A DNA stretch of 64,000 nucleotides, taken from assembly GCA_965370555.1 (NCBI GenBank), contig CBDUVB010000008.1, positions 3,257-67,256 of the forward strand, given 5' to 3'. This DNA is from an uncultured bacterium. GTDB taxonomy: Bacteria; Bipolaricaulota; Bipolaricaulia; UBA7950; UBA9294. This document shows positions 39,432 through 51,800 of this stretch, in pieces (the stretch's first letter is position 1; the number at the start of each line of letters is the position of its first letter). Position numbers and translations under genes: made by a program. The notes beneath the pieces were generated by a model. It was not told the origin of the DNA. It worked only from the letters and a program-made list of their open reading frames with translations, and did not search any database.

Positions 39432-41228
39432 TTACTCATTGCAGGGTAAAAACGAGGAAAAGAGGGATTCTTCGACCTCTTCTCGCGTCGTCGCGCACAC
39501 CTCGCTGAGCGCCGTGTCGAACGAAAGGTATCTATCCAAGGGGGAGGTTGCGATCCAGATCTCGCGCAGGTTTTCTCCCCCGTATCTCTCAAGGAGATAA
39601 TACAGAAGGAGACCGGCTTCTACCTCGACCGTTCTCTGAGAGGCCATCCCAAAGTCGATTGAGGATAGTGAGAACCATAGTTCCTCCCGCCGCAACCGGC
39701 ACCCTTCTTCCACAAGGAGATCCTCATCACAAGAGAGGGCCATGGCCACTCCGGCGCGCAGAAGCCGCGAGTACGTATCCTTCCCCCAAGCATAAATAGG
39801 GAGGACCTCTCCCATGCGGTATACAGCGTCATCCTTAGGAAGGAGGTGAAGCGTCGCGTTCTTCTCCGAAGAGAGAGGGATGAGGAACTCTCCCCTGTCC
39901 CGTGTTTCCGTATCGGGATGGAAGAAGAGGGTCATCCGCTCTGGAAGGTCGCTTAGTGAAAGGGCTAGCCTGTTGATCATACTTTCATAAACGCGCTCGA
40001 TCTGTGAGATCTCCGGCCACCCTTCCCGGGAGACCTGCGGCGAGACAAAGATCCGCAGGCCATGTGCTTCTGTCACTGTCCATCCCTCGTATAGGGCGAG
40101 AAGAGCCTGCATGTCGTCCTTTGCCTCTCCCTCTTCGATGTGGGAGATCAGCGTCCTTGCTTCGGTGAATGCTCCTACCGCAAGAGCACACCGCACAGCA
40201 AGGGTTATCTCACCCTGAGAAAGATCCTCGACGTGCCACGTGCTCGACCTTGTCCACGCTGCGTCGGGGAACCCTCCTCCCAGCAGATAGTAAACCGATA
40301 AGAACGGGAAATCGGGGGCATCTCGTCCTGCTTCGATCCCTGCCGCGTACCAGCGCGCACCCATCTCCTCCGGTGGTGCCGAATCGATGCGGTTGAGGAG
40401 GTTTACCGTCGATCCCCTTCCCCACGCTTGTTTCACCGCACGGATTCCGCCCTTCGTCTCGATGAGAAACTGGACGAATGAAGCCGCTTCCAGTGCCAGG
40501 ATATCCTCTGGCGATACCTCTCCGTGCACGGAAAGCCCAAACAACTTCCGGAGATCGCTGAATGCGATCGACACCGGGGAGTACGGGGAATCGAACTGCT
40601 GATAGATCGACTCCGGGAAACGCCCCCTCTCCTCCGCGCGGATCAGTTCCGGTAAGGAGAGGAAGAGCCGATCCGGCACGGCTGCAACCACCGCATGGAA
40701 GTCCCGCTTCGGCTCCATCGCGTATAGCCTTGTCCCCGCATGGAGGATCTGCGATCCGCACCGGCCCCACCCAAATGCGAGTACCAGCTCAGCCAGGCGG
40801 CCACGCGGATCCTCCCCAACGAGGAGATCGAGTGGAGCCAGATAGACCGAACGTGCCTCGGGGCTCTTACGTTTGCTGATCGAAGTCTGCATCGAGGAAG
40901 TATCGTCGTGGACGAAGACATCGATCGGAGTCGGAACAAGATCGGGATTGACATCGAGAAGATCGAGGAGTTCCTCGTAATCTTGCTTTAGCACCTCGGC
41001 GAGCGCAGCGTGATCCTCCCGCCCTGGGCTATCCTTCTGATAGCGAAGGACGAAGTCTCCTTCCTTATAGTAGACGGTCCCTTCAAGCTCTGGTGTAGCC
41101 ACCGGCTCAATGACAAGCACGAGGATGAGGACGGCAATCCCGATAGCGATCCCCCCAAGCGCCAATCCACCGACCAGGGTGACCACGGGGTGGCGCAAGA
41201 TCTTCTCAAACAGGCTTTTAACACGCAT
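39432..41228 (-). CDS. membrane-anchored hypothetical protein with two degenerate peptidase-MA-like halves
   Basis: N-terminal TM helix; duplicated 'LEAASFVQFLIETKGG..VKQAW' / 'VEAGLLLYYLLERYGGENLREIW'. Confidence 0.6.
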   Translation of the reverse strand: MRVKSLFEKILRHPVVTLVGGLALGGIAIGIAVLILVLVIEPVATPELEGTVYYKEGDFVLRYQKDSPGREDHAALAEVLKQDYEELLDLLDVNPDLVPTPIDVFVHDDTSSMQTSISKRKSPEARSVYLAPLDLLVGEDPRGRLAELVLAFGWGRCGSQILHAGTRLYAMEPKRDFHAVVAAVPDRLFLSLPELIRAEERGRFPESIYQQFDSPYSPVSIAFSDLRKLFGLSVHGEVSPEDILALEAASFVQFLIETKGGIRAVKQAWGRGSTVNLLNRIDSAPPEEMGARWYAAGIEAGRDAPDFPFLSVYYLLGGGFPDAAWTRSSTWHVEDLSQGEITLAVRCALAVGAFTEARTLISHIEEGEAKDDMQALLALYEGWTVTEAHGLRIFVSPQVSREGWPEISQIERVYESMINRLALSLSDLPERMTLFFHPDTETRDRGEFLIPLSSEKNATLHLLPKDDAVYRMGEVLPIYAWGKDTYSRLLRAGVAMALSCDEDLLVEEGCRLRREELWFSLSSIDFGMASQRTVEVEAGLLLYYLLERYGGENLREIWIATSPLDRYLSFDTALSEVCATTREEVEESLFSSFLPCNE

Positions 41229-41269
41229 AGTTCACCCATTATAACCTATTCTTGAAGCGGAGAGGGAGG

Positions 41270-41374
41270 GATTGAGAGATCGGGGGGTTGAAGAATTGAA
41301 TCATTGAGTGATCGGGAGATTGAATGATTAAGCTGTTAAATTACTCAATCACTCACTCGTTAAATCACGCAATT
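41270..41374. repeat. 8-mer (ATTGARTG-like) inverted repeat element, copy 1
   Basis: shares aattgaatcattgagtRatcgggagattga...gctgttaaatYactcaat with 44374-44470. Confidence 0.75.
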
Positions 41375-41446
41375 TTTTCCTCTGCGGTTAAATTTGCCCT
41401 TCTATACGGGGAAAGAGGATTTGCGCAGCAGGCTGGACCGCCTCCT

Positions 41447-41476
41447 TTGACAGAAGAATAAGGGCGTTGCTATACT
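41447..41476 (+). promoter_or_regulatory. sigma70 promoter of spoVS-argS-ftsY
   Basis: TTGACA-N18-TATACT with TG extension. Confidence 0.65.
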
Positions 41477-41524
41477 GATCGAGCAGGGGTTGCAGCGTAT
41501 CGCAAAGCACGCGACAGCAGGAGA

Positions 41525-41791
41525 ATGGCCATGAAAATATTGAGGGTTGCATCCCGCTCAAATCTGAATCCGACCGCCGGAGCGATCGCCAGTGTCCTGG
41601 AGGAACATGGTGTCGTTGAGATTCACGCGATCGGTGCCGGTGCCGTCAATCAGACCGTAAAAGCGATCGCCATCGCACGGCGGATGGTGGAAGAAGAGGG
41701 AAAGGCCCCGATCAAGGTCATCCCTGGATTCATCGAGCTCGAAATCGACGGGGAGACGAAGACCGGGATCCGCTTCATCGTCGAAAGGTAG
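41525..41791 (+). CDS. spoVS: SpoVS-family protein
   Basis: ILRVASRSN..AGAIA, AIGAGAVNQTVKAIAIAR, PGFIELEIDGETKTGI. Confidence 0.9.
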   Translation: MAMKILRVASRSNLNPTAGAIASVLEEHGVVEIHAIGAGAVNQTVKAIAIARRMVEEEGKAPIKVIPGFIELEIDGETKTGIRFIVER

Positions 41792-41826
41792 CTTCCCCGT
41801 TCGTCACCTTATAGAATAACACCATC

Positions 41827-43455
41827 ATGCTCAGATCATGGATTGAGAGTTTACTCGGTTCGACATGGGAAAAGCTCGGTCTCCCTCCGGTTTCGATCGA
41901 GGTTCACCCCTCCGAGCGGCCAGAGTTCGGAGACTTCTCCACCAACCTTCCCCTCATCGGAGCAAAGACGGCGAACCTCCCCCCGCGGCAGCTGGCCGAG
42001 CGGCTGGTAGCAGCGATTCCTGATGATGCGTTCTCGCGTGTAGAGATCGCCGGACCGGGATTTATCAACCTCTGCCTACAGCCTACGATGACCCACACGG
42101 CATTACAGGAGATCCTACAGGCGAAGGATCGATTCGGTTTTTCAACGATCGGGACTGGAAAAACGTTACAGGTAGAATTCGTCAGCTCCAACCCCACCGG
42201 TCCCCTCACCGTCGGGCACGGCCGCCAGGCCGTTCTCGGCGATGTCCTGGCCTCCCTCTACGAGACCCTGGGTTACGCCGTCACTCGGGAGTACTACTTC
42301 AACGACGAGGGGCGCCAAATCGATCTCCTGACAGAATCCTTATGGGCGCGCTATTGTGAGCTTGCAGGAGGAGAAGTGTCGATCCCGGAAGGGGGCTACC
42401 AAGGAGAATACCTGATCGAGATCGCCCGCGAGGTGAAAGAGACTTTCGGCGAGAAGCTCCTGGTCTTCGATCGACAGACCGCATCAACATTGAAGGAAGA
42501 AGCGGTCTCGCGGATCAAGACGCTGATCAAGGATGACCTCGCTCAACTCGGGGTCAGGTTCGATACCTGGTTCAGCGAGGGAGATCTCCATCACCGCGGG
42601 GAGGTGACCGCGGCACTCGATCTTCTGCGCGAGAGTCATGGAACCTACGAGGAAGACGGCGCAATCTGGCTCAAGTCGGAGGAGAACGGTGGGGTAAAGG
42701 ACTCCGTCCTCATCCGAAGCGACGGCCGACCTACCTACCTCATGGTCGATATCGCCTACCACATCGACAAGCACCGCCGCGGATTCACTCAGGTCATCAA
42801 CGTTCAAGGGGCGGACCATCAAGTGGAGCAATCGTGTATGAAGGCAGCGATGCGCATCCTCGGCTACCCCGAGGAGTTTCTCAGCTATGCGACGCACCAG
42901 TTTGTGAGCATCAAGGAGGGAGAAGGGGTTGCACGCATGTCGACCCGCGCCGGGCAATTCGTCCGCTTACGCGACCTCACAGACGAGCTCGGGCGTGACG
43001 TGGTCCGCTACTTCATGATCGCGCGAAAGCCCGAGAGCCACCTGCAGTTCGACCTCGAACTCGCGCGTGCGGAATCGCTCGATAACCCGATCTACTACAT
43101 CCAGTACGCACACACCCGGATCGCTTCCATCTTCCGCAAGGCCGATCTCTCGACCTTCGACGCGATGAGCGTCGATCTCTCACCACTTGAAACGCAGGCA
43201 GAGTTCGACCTGATAAAACGGCTCGACCGGTTTCCAGAGGTCGTCGCCGGAGCAGCGCTCGACTTCGCCCCGCACCTCCTCGCCGACTACACACTGGGGC
43301 TGGCACGGGCCTTCCACGTTTACTACGGGGAACACCGGGTGATCGGCACGGACGAGAAGGTGATGCTGGCGCGCCTCGCACTGCTCCAGGCCATACGAAT
43401 CGTCTTCCGACGCAGCCTGGATATCCTTGGAATCTCGTCCCCGGAGGCGATGTGA
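41827..43455 (+). CDS. argS: arginine--tRNA ligase
   Basis: FGDFSTN, AGPGFIN, VEFVSSNPTGPLTVGHGR, MSTRAG, YIQYAHTRI. Confidence 0.96.
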   Translation: MLRSWIESLLGSTWEKLGLPPVSIEVHPSERPEFGDFSTNLPLIGAKTANLPPRQLAERLVAAIPDDAFSRVEIAGPGFINLCLQPTMTHTALQEILQAKDRFGFSTIGTGKTLQVEFVSSNPTGPLTVGHGRQAVLGDVLASLYETLGYAVTREYYFNDEGRQIDLLTESLWARYCELAGGEVSIPEGGYQGEYLIEIAREVKETFGEKLLVFDRQTASTLKEEAVSRIKTLIKDDLAQLGVRFDTWFSEGDLHHRGEVTAALDLLRESHGTYEEDGAIWLKSEENGGVKDSVLIRSDGRPTYLMVDIAYHIDKHRRGFTQVINVQGADHQVEQSCMKAAMRILGYPEEFLSYATHQFVSIKEGEGVARMSTRAGQFVRLRDLTDELGRDVVRYFMIARKPESHLQFDLELARAESLDNPIYYIQYAHTRIASIFRKADLSTFDAMSVDLSPLETQAEFDLIKRLDRFPEVVAGAALDFAPHLLADYTLGLARAFHVYYGEHRVIGTDEKVMLARLALLQAIRIVFRRSLDILGISSPEAM

Positions 43456-44372
43456 TGGCGTGGATCGATCGGTTGAAGAAAGGATTGAAGCGAACCCGCT
43501 CTGGGTTCACCAGTTCACTTGGCCAGATCTTCTCTCGTGGGGAGAAGCTGAGCGCGGTGGAACTCGAAGAGATCGAGGAGATCCTCATCGCCGGGGACGT
43601 TGGGGTTCGTGTAGCAATGGATCTCACGGAGGAACTCGCCGAGCGCAGCCGCCGCGGCCAGACGAACGGAGAGGCCTTCATGACCGCTCTAAAAACGGGG
43701 ATAGTGGAACGTCTCGTGGAATCTGAGCGACCACTCACTCTGCGCAATGATAAGGAGCCAACGGTGGTCCTCATCACCGGGGTGAACGGATCGGGAAAGA
43801 CGACGACCATCGCCAAGATCGCGTCCCGCCTGCGAGAACACAACCCCTCATTACCGATCACCCTCGCTGCGGCCGATACCTTCCGCGCTGCGGCGATCGA
43901 GCAACTCGCGATCTGGGCAGATCGAGTCGGCGTAGACCTGATCAAACACAAGATTGGCGCCGATCCATCGGCGGTCGTCTTCGATGCCCTCGACCACGCC
44001 CGTCGCCTCGGCGGACTCCTCCTGATCGATACCGCTGGACGACTGCAAACGAAACACAACCTGATGGAGGAACTGAAGAAGATCGAACGCACAGTGGAGA
44101 AGAAGCTTGGGCGAGGATCTGACGAACGCCTTCTCGTCCTCGACGCGACTACCGGCCAGAACGGCATCTCCCAGGCGGCCCGTTTCCACGAGGCGATCAA
44201 CCTCACCGGACTCGTCCTCACCAAGCTCGACGGAACGGCCAAGGGAGGTGTAATCCTCGCGATCTGGGATGAATTAAGGCTCCCGTTGTTGTACATTGGG
44301 GTAGGAGAAGGGGTGGATGACCTGCACGAGTTCTCCGCTAGCCAGTTTGTGGAAGCGCTCTTTTCGACATAA
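43455..44372 (+). CDS. ftsY: SRP receptor FtsY
   Basis: GVNGSGKTTT, DTFRAAA, DTAGR, TKLDGTAKGG. Confidence 0.97.
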   Translation: MAWIDRLKKGLKRTRSGFTSSLGQIFSRGEKLSAVELEEIEEILIAGDVGVRVAMDLTEELAERSRRGQTNGEAFMTALKTGIVERLVESERPLTLRNDKEPTVVLITGVNGSGKTTTIAKIASRLREHNPSLPITLAAADTFRAAAIEQLAIWADRVGVDLIKHKIGADPSAVVFDALDHARRLGGLLLIDTAGRLQTKHNLMEELKKIERTVEKKLGRGSDERLLVLDATTGQNGISQAARFHEAINLTGLVLTKLDGTAKGGVILAIWDELRLPLLYIGVGEGVDDLHEFSASQFVEALFST

Positions 44373-44373
44373 C

Positions 44374-44470
44374 GATCGGGGGATTGAACGATTGAGAAAT
44401 TGAATCATTGAGTAATCGGGAGATTGAGCTGTTAAATCACTCAATTCTTCAATCACTAAATCATTTAATT
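44374..44470. repeat. 8-mer inverted repeat element, copy 2
   Basis: homologous to 41270-41374; reverse half-copy at 25552-25594. Confidence 0.75.
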
Positions 44471-44490
44471 ACTTACGGAGGTGTCTAGAA

Positions 44491-47145
<2,655 letters not shown>

Positions 47146-47175
47146 GAACCAAACACGACTGAACAAACGGTCACG

Positions 47176-47200
47176 AAGGCCGGGAGAAACCCCGGCCTTT
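47176..47200 (+). terminator. intrinsic terminator after ppdK
   Basis: AAGGCCGGG-agaaac-CCCGGCCTTT. Confidence 0.75.
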
Positions 47201-47206
47201 CTCTTA

Positions 47207-48145
47207 TCATCGCGTGATCGCCCGCACAAGCAAGGTGAGCCCAACAGAGAGGGCGCAGGCGATCATCGGGGTACCGAGCCAGCCGAACAGAACGCGGAGG
47301 AGGACACGGAGATCGATCGTCTTCACTCCCTTCACAAGGCCAATCCCGATCACTGCACCGACCACCGCCTGTGAGGCTGAAACCGGAACTCCAAGCATGG
47401 CATAAACGTTTAGGGTGATCGCTTGTCCGAGGATGACAACTAGTGCGGCAAACGGGTTTAAGGGGACGAGACCGCTCCCCACCGTGCGGATCACTCTCTT
47501 GCTGAAGGTCAGAATTCCCAGCGCGATCGCAGCGGAACCGAATAAAGAGGCGTAAAACGGGGTGAGCAACCCGGATTTAACGTAGACCCCGGTGACATTC
47601 GCTACATTGTTCGCCCCCAAAGAATAAGCCCCGTAGCAGGTAACAAGAACAAGACCGACGCGGATGGCACGGTCCCGCGTAGCGAAACGCCCGAGCAGGG
47701 TTCCCGGATAGAGGGTGGCAATCTTATACGGGATATAGGCAGCGATCAGTCCCCCGAGAGGGGTAAGGACCCAGGAGAGGAAGATCTTTATAAGCGGCTG
47801 GATATTCACCCCTCCTGTCGTGAGCAAGCTCCCCCCAATGATCGCCCCCACCGTCGCCTGCGTGCTCGAAATCGGGAGGCCGAGCAGGGTCATCAGAATG
47901 ACGGTGAACGCCGCTGCGGTCATAATGATGAAGCTCGATAGCAGGGTCTGCGTTCCGATCGCCCCGTAGGTTGCAAAACCGCGACTCCCCATTAAGAGAG
48001 CCCCAAGGATGACGAAGAGCGCGGCGAGGGCCGCCGCCGTCCAGAATCGAATAGCCCGGCTCGCCACCGCCGGTCCGAACAGGTTGGCAGCATCATTCGC
48101 TCCCAGTCCCCATCCCATAAACCCGCCTGCGATCAGCGTCCACAT
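47207..48145 (-). CDS. inorganic phosphate transporter (PiT family)
   Basis: GANDAAN and GANNVAN signatures, LPISSTQ / PVSASQ. Confidence 0.92.
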   Translation of the reverse strand: MWTLIAGGFMGWGLGANDAANLFGPAVASRAIRFWTAAALAALFVILGALLMGSRGFATYGAIGTQTLLSSFIIMTAAAFTVILMTLLGLPISSTQATVGAIIGGSLLTTGGVNIQPLIKIFLSWVLTPLGGLIAAYIPYKIATLYPGTLLGRFATRDRAIRVGLVLVTCYGAYSLGANNVANVTGVYVKSGLLTPFYASLFGSAAIALGILTFSKRVIRTVGSGLVPLNPFAALVVILGQAITLNVYAMLGVPVSASQAVVGAVIGIGLVKGVKTIDLRVLLRVLFGWLGTPMIACALSVGLTLLVRAITR

Positions 48146-48842
48146 CTCGTCTCTCCTTCAACATCTCAACTGTTCGGTAAGAGCTATAGTCTATAGTCGA
48201 AATGGAACTGGGAATCAAGTAAGGTGATCGCACCGGTGACGGAGTCCCGACGAAAAGGATTGTTGTCCGGATTGACTGGGGAATAATGAGGTAAATGGCT
48301 GTTAGGGAAAGGATTCTTGCCCTAAGATGTTGACCCAAAAGCTATCCACAAATCCCCGCCGTACCCAGCTGTTTCGAACTTCGGGCAAGCTTCGAGAACA
48401 GGAGTGCTGCAATCCGCGATCCCATGGGAAAGGGGGTTCGAGCCTTAAGCCCTCATTCTGCGCCTCACCGATCCGATAAGCACGGACGTCTAAACCTCTA
48501 AATCTAGCATCCTGCCTGCATAAAAGACGAGCCCTACCCTTAATTGCTCCGCGGATTCAGGTATGATGTTGCCAAGGACTTGACCACTGCCTTTATGCGG
48601 AGGCGAGAAACTAAGAACCTCTCTGCGGTTAAGTGAAGAGGCCAGCCTTTTCTCTCTCGTCCATGTTTTCTCTGACAGCAGCACACTTCTTCCCTGTCAA
48701 CCCCCTGCAAAGCAGAGTAGGACAGGTATGACGACATCAATGCACTTTTCAGGTGTATAATGCGCTGTAAGAGGATACGACATTGTTCATCATCGTGATC
48801 AAGGCACTGGTTCAACACTCTCTCTTACAGTGAGGTGATGTT

Positions 48843-51800
48843 ATGCCTTGTTCGTCGAGTGCCAGGATGTTGCGAAAGGGTTATGCCTTAGCGGGCGAAT
48901 GGACAGTGCGCGTCGACGACAGACGGCTGATCGTTCCCGGTCGATGGAAAGCGATAGGAACGCTTGGCATGACGTTTCTTCTGTTTGTCTTCCTTGTGGC
49001 TCTCCCCGTGACCGCTCACAGCTACAACTTCACGGGCCATGTTTATTCTGGGAGCCCCCCCGATATGACTCAACCTGTCACCGGTGTCAGGATTGAGCTC
49101 TACGGTGGCCGGGGAGAATGGGCGCCGAATAACTCCGGTACCTTTCTCACTGCGGCCGCGACAAACGAGTGGGGTGAGTTTACGCTCCTCTACCTGCCGG
49201 GGAATGTGACCTATCCCTACTATCACGTCGTTGAAGTCGATCCACCTGATACAATATCTACCGGGGCGCAGGCGGGACTGGGAGGCTACGTAAGAGAGAA
49301 CAACGTGATCTCGTATACGAAGACTGCTCCGGGAACCTATGCGGGCATTGGCTTCTGGGATGCCCGGTCGATGATCTCCCTGCCCCCGTTGACCCAGCAA
49401 CCGGGGACCTTCATGGAGAAACACGAAGAGAGCTCGCAGCAAAGCTCACAGAGTTCTCAGCAATCTCAGATGTCCTCAAGCGAGAAGGTCACCGCCCCTG
49501 ATGAGAAACTTCCCCATACGTTGCTGATCGGCGATTTTGTATTGTTGGTGGAGCGCTACGACGCTGAGAAGGAGACTGATCAGAGCAAACTGCCGACCAG
49601 TCAGGCAGTGCGCCCGGGAATCGAACAGCTTGAGGGCCTCTCCGGGACGGCGTGGTTGAGCTTTGATTGTAGCGCCCCATCCATCGTGCCTGGCCTTACC
49701 CCGCTACTGCCGGGCGGGTATGTGATCATTGCGCATGTATTTGATGTGGTTCCCGTCGTAACTGATCCCGCAAACCAGATCAGCCTACCCGAGGCCCGTC
49801 TTATTCAACCGGATATTACACCGGGGCAAACGCTGGAATTGCAACTTCCCCTCAAGAGCCAGGATGTGCCGGGCATTATCGCGGCCAAAGATCTATTCCT
49901 TCAGGAGGTTGAGCAACTTGGCGGCGTAGCGAAGGGAGATATCAGGGTGCGCTTTGAGGACGCAACGATAGTCGAGGTTCCGGAGCAGGAGGGAGTGGGG
50001 CGCATTATTGAGGGGACAGCCTTCTATCCGGCAGACCCCCTTTACCCGGACATCATTCGCCTATCGATCGATGGGTTCACAGCGCTGATCGATATCCTGA
50101 CGCTCACTCCCACAGGGGCTACCGCAAATGTAGTGCTTGAGCTTCCTTCAAACATCGCCTTTGAAGCCACATGTGAGCGAGCCTGGCTAGCTTTGGGAGA
50201 AATCGCGATTACTCCTTACTGCGAGTTCTATGCCGAGGAACCAACCGATCCCTTCGGACCGTGGATCGTGGGGGATACCGGGCTCATAGTGAGTGGAACA
50301 GGCTACATCGCAGATTTCAGCTCTTCGCAGAGCCCGCTCTCAAAACCCGTGTCATGGAAAGGTGTGGTCCTTCAAGACGGGACGGGTTCAGGGAGTGCGT
50401 TGGTTCCCACTACATCGAATACAGGATACCTCGCCGGGGAATACAGCTTCTTCAATGCAACGGTAGAGGGCTCGGGGTTGGCGGGCCAGTTCAACCTCCT
50501 GGGAACCCTAATCTTCTACCCTCTTCAACCTCTGGGGTATCAGGTCACCCTATACGGGGCGAGCCTGGAGGTCTCGGAGAGTCGCGTCGTGTCCGGTCAA
50601 TTGGGGCCTGGGAGGCTGGAACTCCCGGTGAACGCTGTCTGCAAGGATGGACATCCAGGGGATCCGCTCTCGGCCACGTTTAACCTTCTTACGGTGCAAG
50701 CGGACCTTGACGTTGGCGGCGAGGTGAACTTCGGGTTCGGCACGCCAACGCGCATGGGCTGGGGAGAGCTGACCCACTCAGGAGATGAGGTGGTGGCCTG
50801 GATCCTGGAGATTGAGAAGGGATACCTCTACCTTCCGGCAACCCCGGTCTCCACGTTTAGCCCGGATACGGGAGTCGGATTCCTCGATTTCTTCCTGCCT
50901 ACATATTCGGTCGAGATCGCGCTCGCTGCGCTTGAATCACAGAAGATGGCAGGGATAACGATCGGTAGCATGCAGAACCTGGCGATCCACTCGCCGGACC
51001 GGCCCGGAGGGACCACAAATCCTCTTAAGATGGCAGACGTTAGCGGGTGGCTCCGCATCGGGAGTCGCGGGGTGGACGGAGATCTCCAGATTACTGAATG
51101 GAACATGCATGCAGACCTCGGCAACACAGCGCGTTACGGCTATGTAGGCGGAGAGCCATTTAACACAACGCTCATACTACCTACCCAAGACGAGAAGCTG
51201 TTACTGCTCCAGTACGCGACGAGCGCTGTATACGACTCCGAAATAAACGGCCTGGTCGACATTCCGGAACCGTGCAACATAAGTCGGCTGGAGTTCGCGG
51301 ACATGGAGGCCACTTCGACCGCGCACCTCGTCGGGGGCGATATCAAACTCCCGGTCGATGGGGTGACCCTGGAGTACTGGGACATCGGCTTTGAGCCGAC
51401 CGAGGATCCGACGCAAGCAGGGGTCGTGAGCGTACGCACAGGTCGGCTTGTCTTCACCGCAGCGGGTATCAGCGAGTACGTCCATTTTGACAAGGTGTTT
51501 GGTCTGACGTGGTGTGAGATGCTCGCCGATGGGAACCTGCGCGAACTATTCCTTGATTACAATTCATACGGGCAACGCTTCGACAAACTCCCCTTCTCGG
51601 CTCACCAGCTTTCGCTCTCCGAGTGCATTCCCGGAATGAGTGGCCTCGATGCGGGTGCATATCTTGCGGTGTGCGGCGATGTGCACTTCAATTTCTTCGG
51701 GAGCGCCTACATCAACATCAAGGATGCCCGGCATCCCGACAGCGCGGACCCGTACCACGACCGCTATGTCAGCATCCCCAAAGAGGGGGAGACAGCCTGC

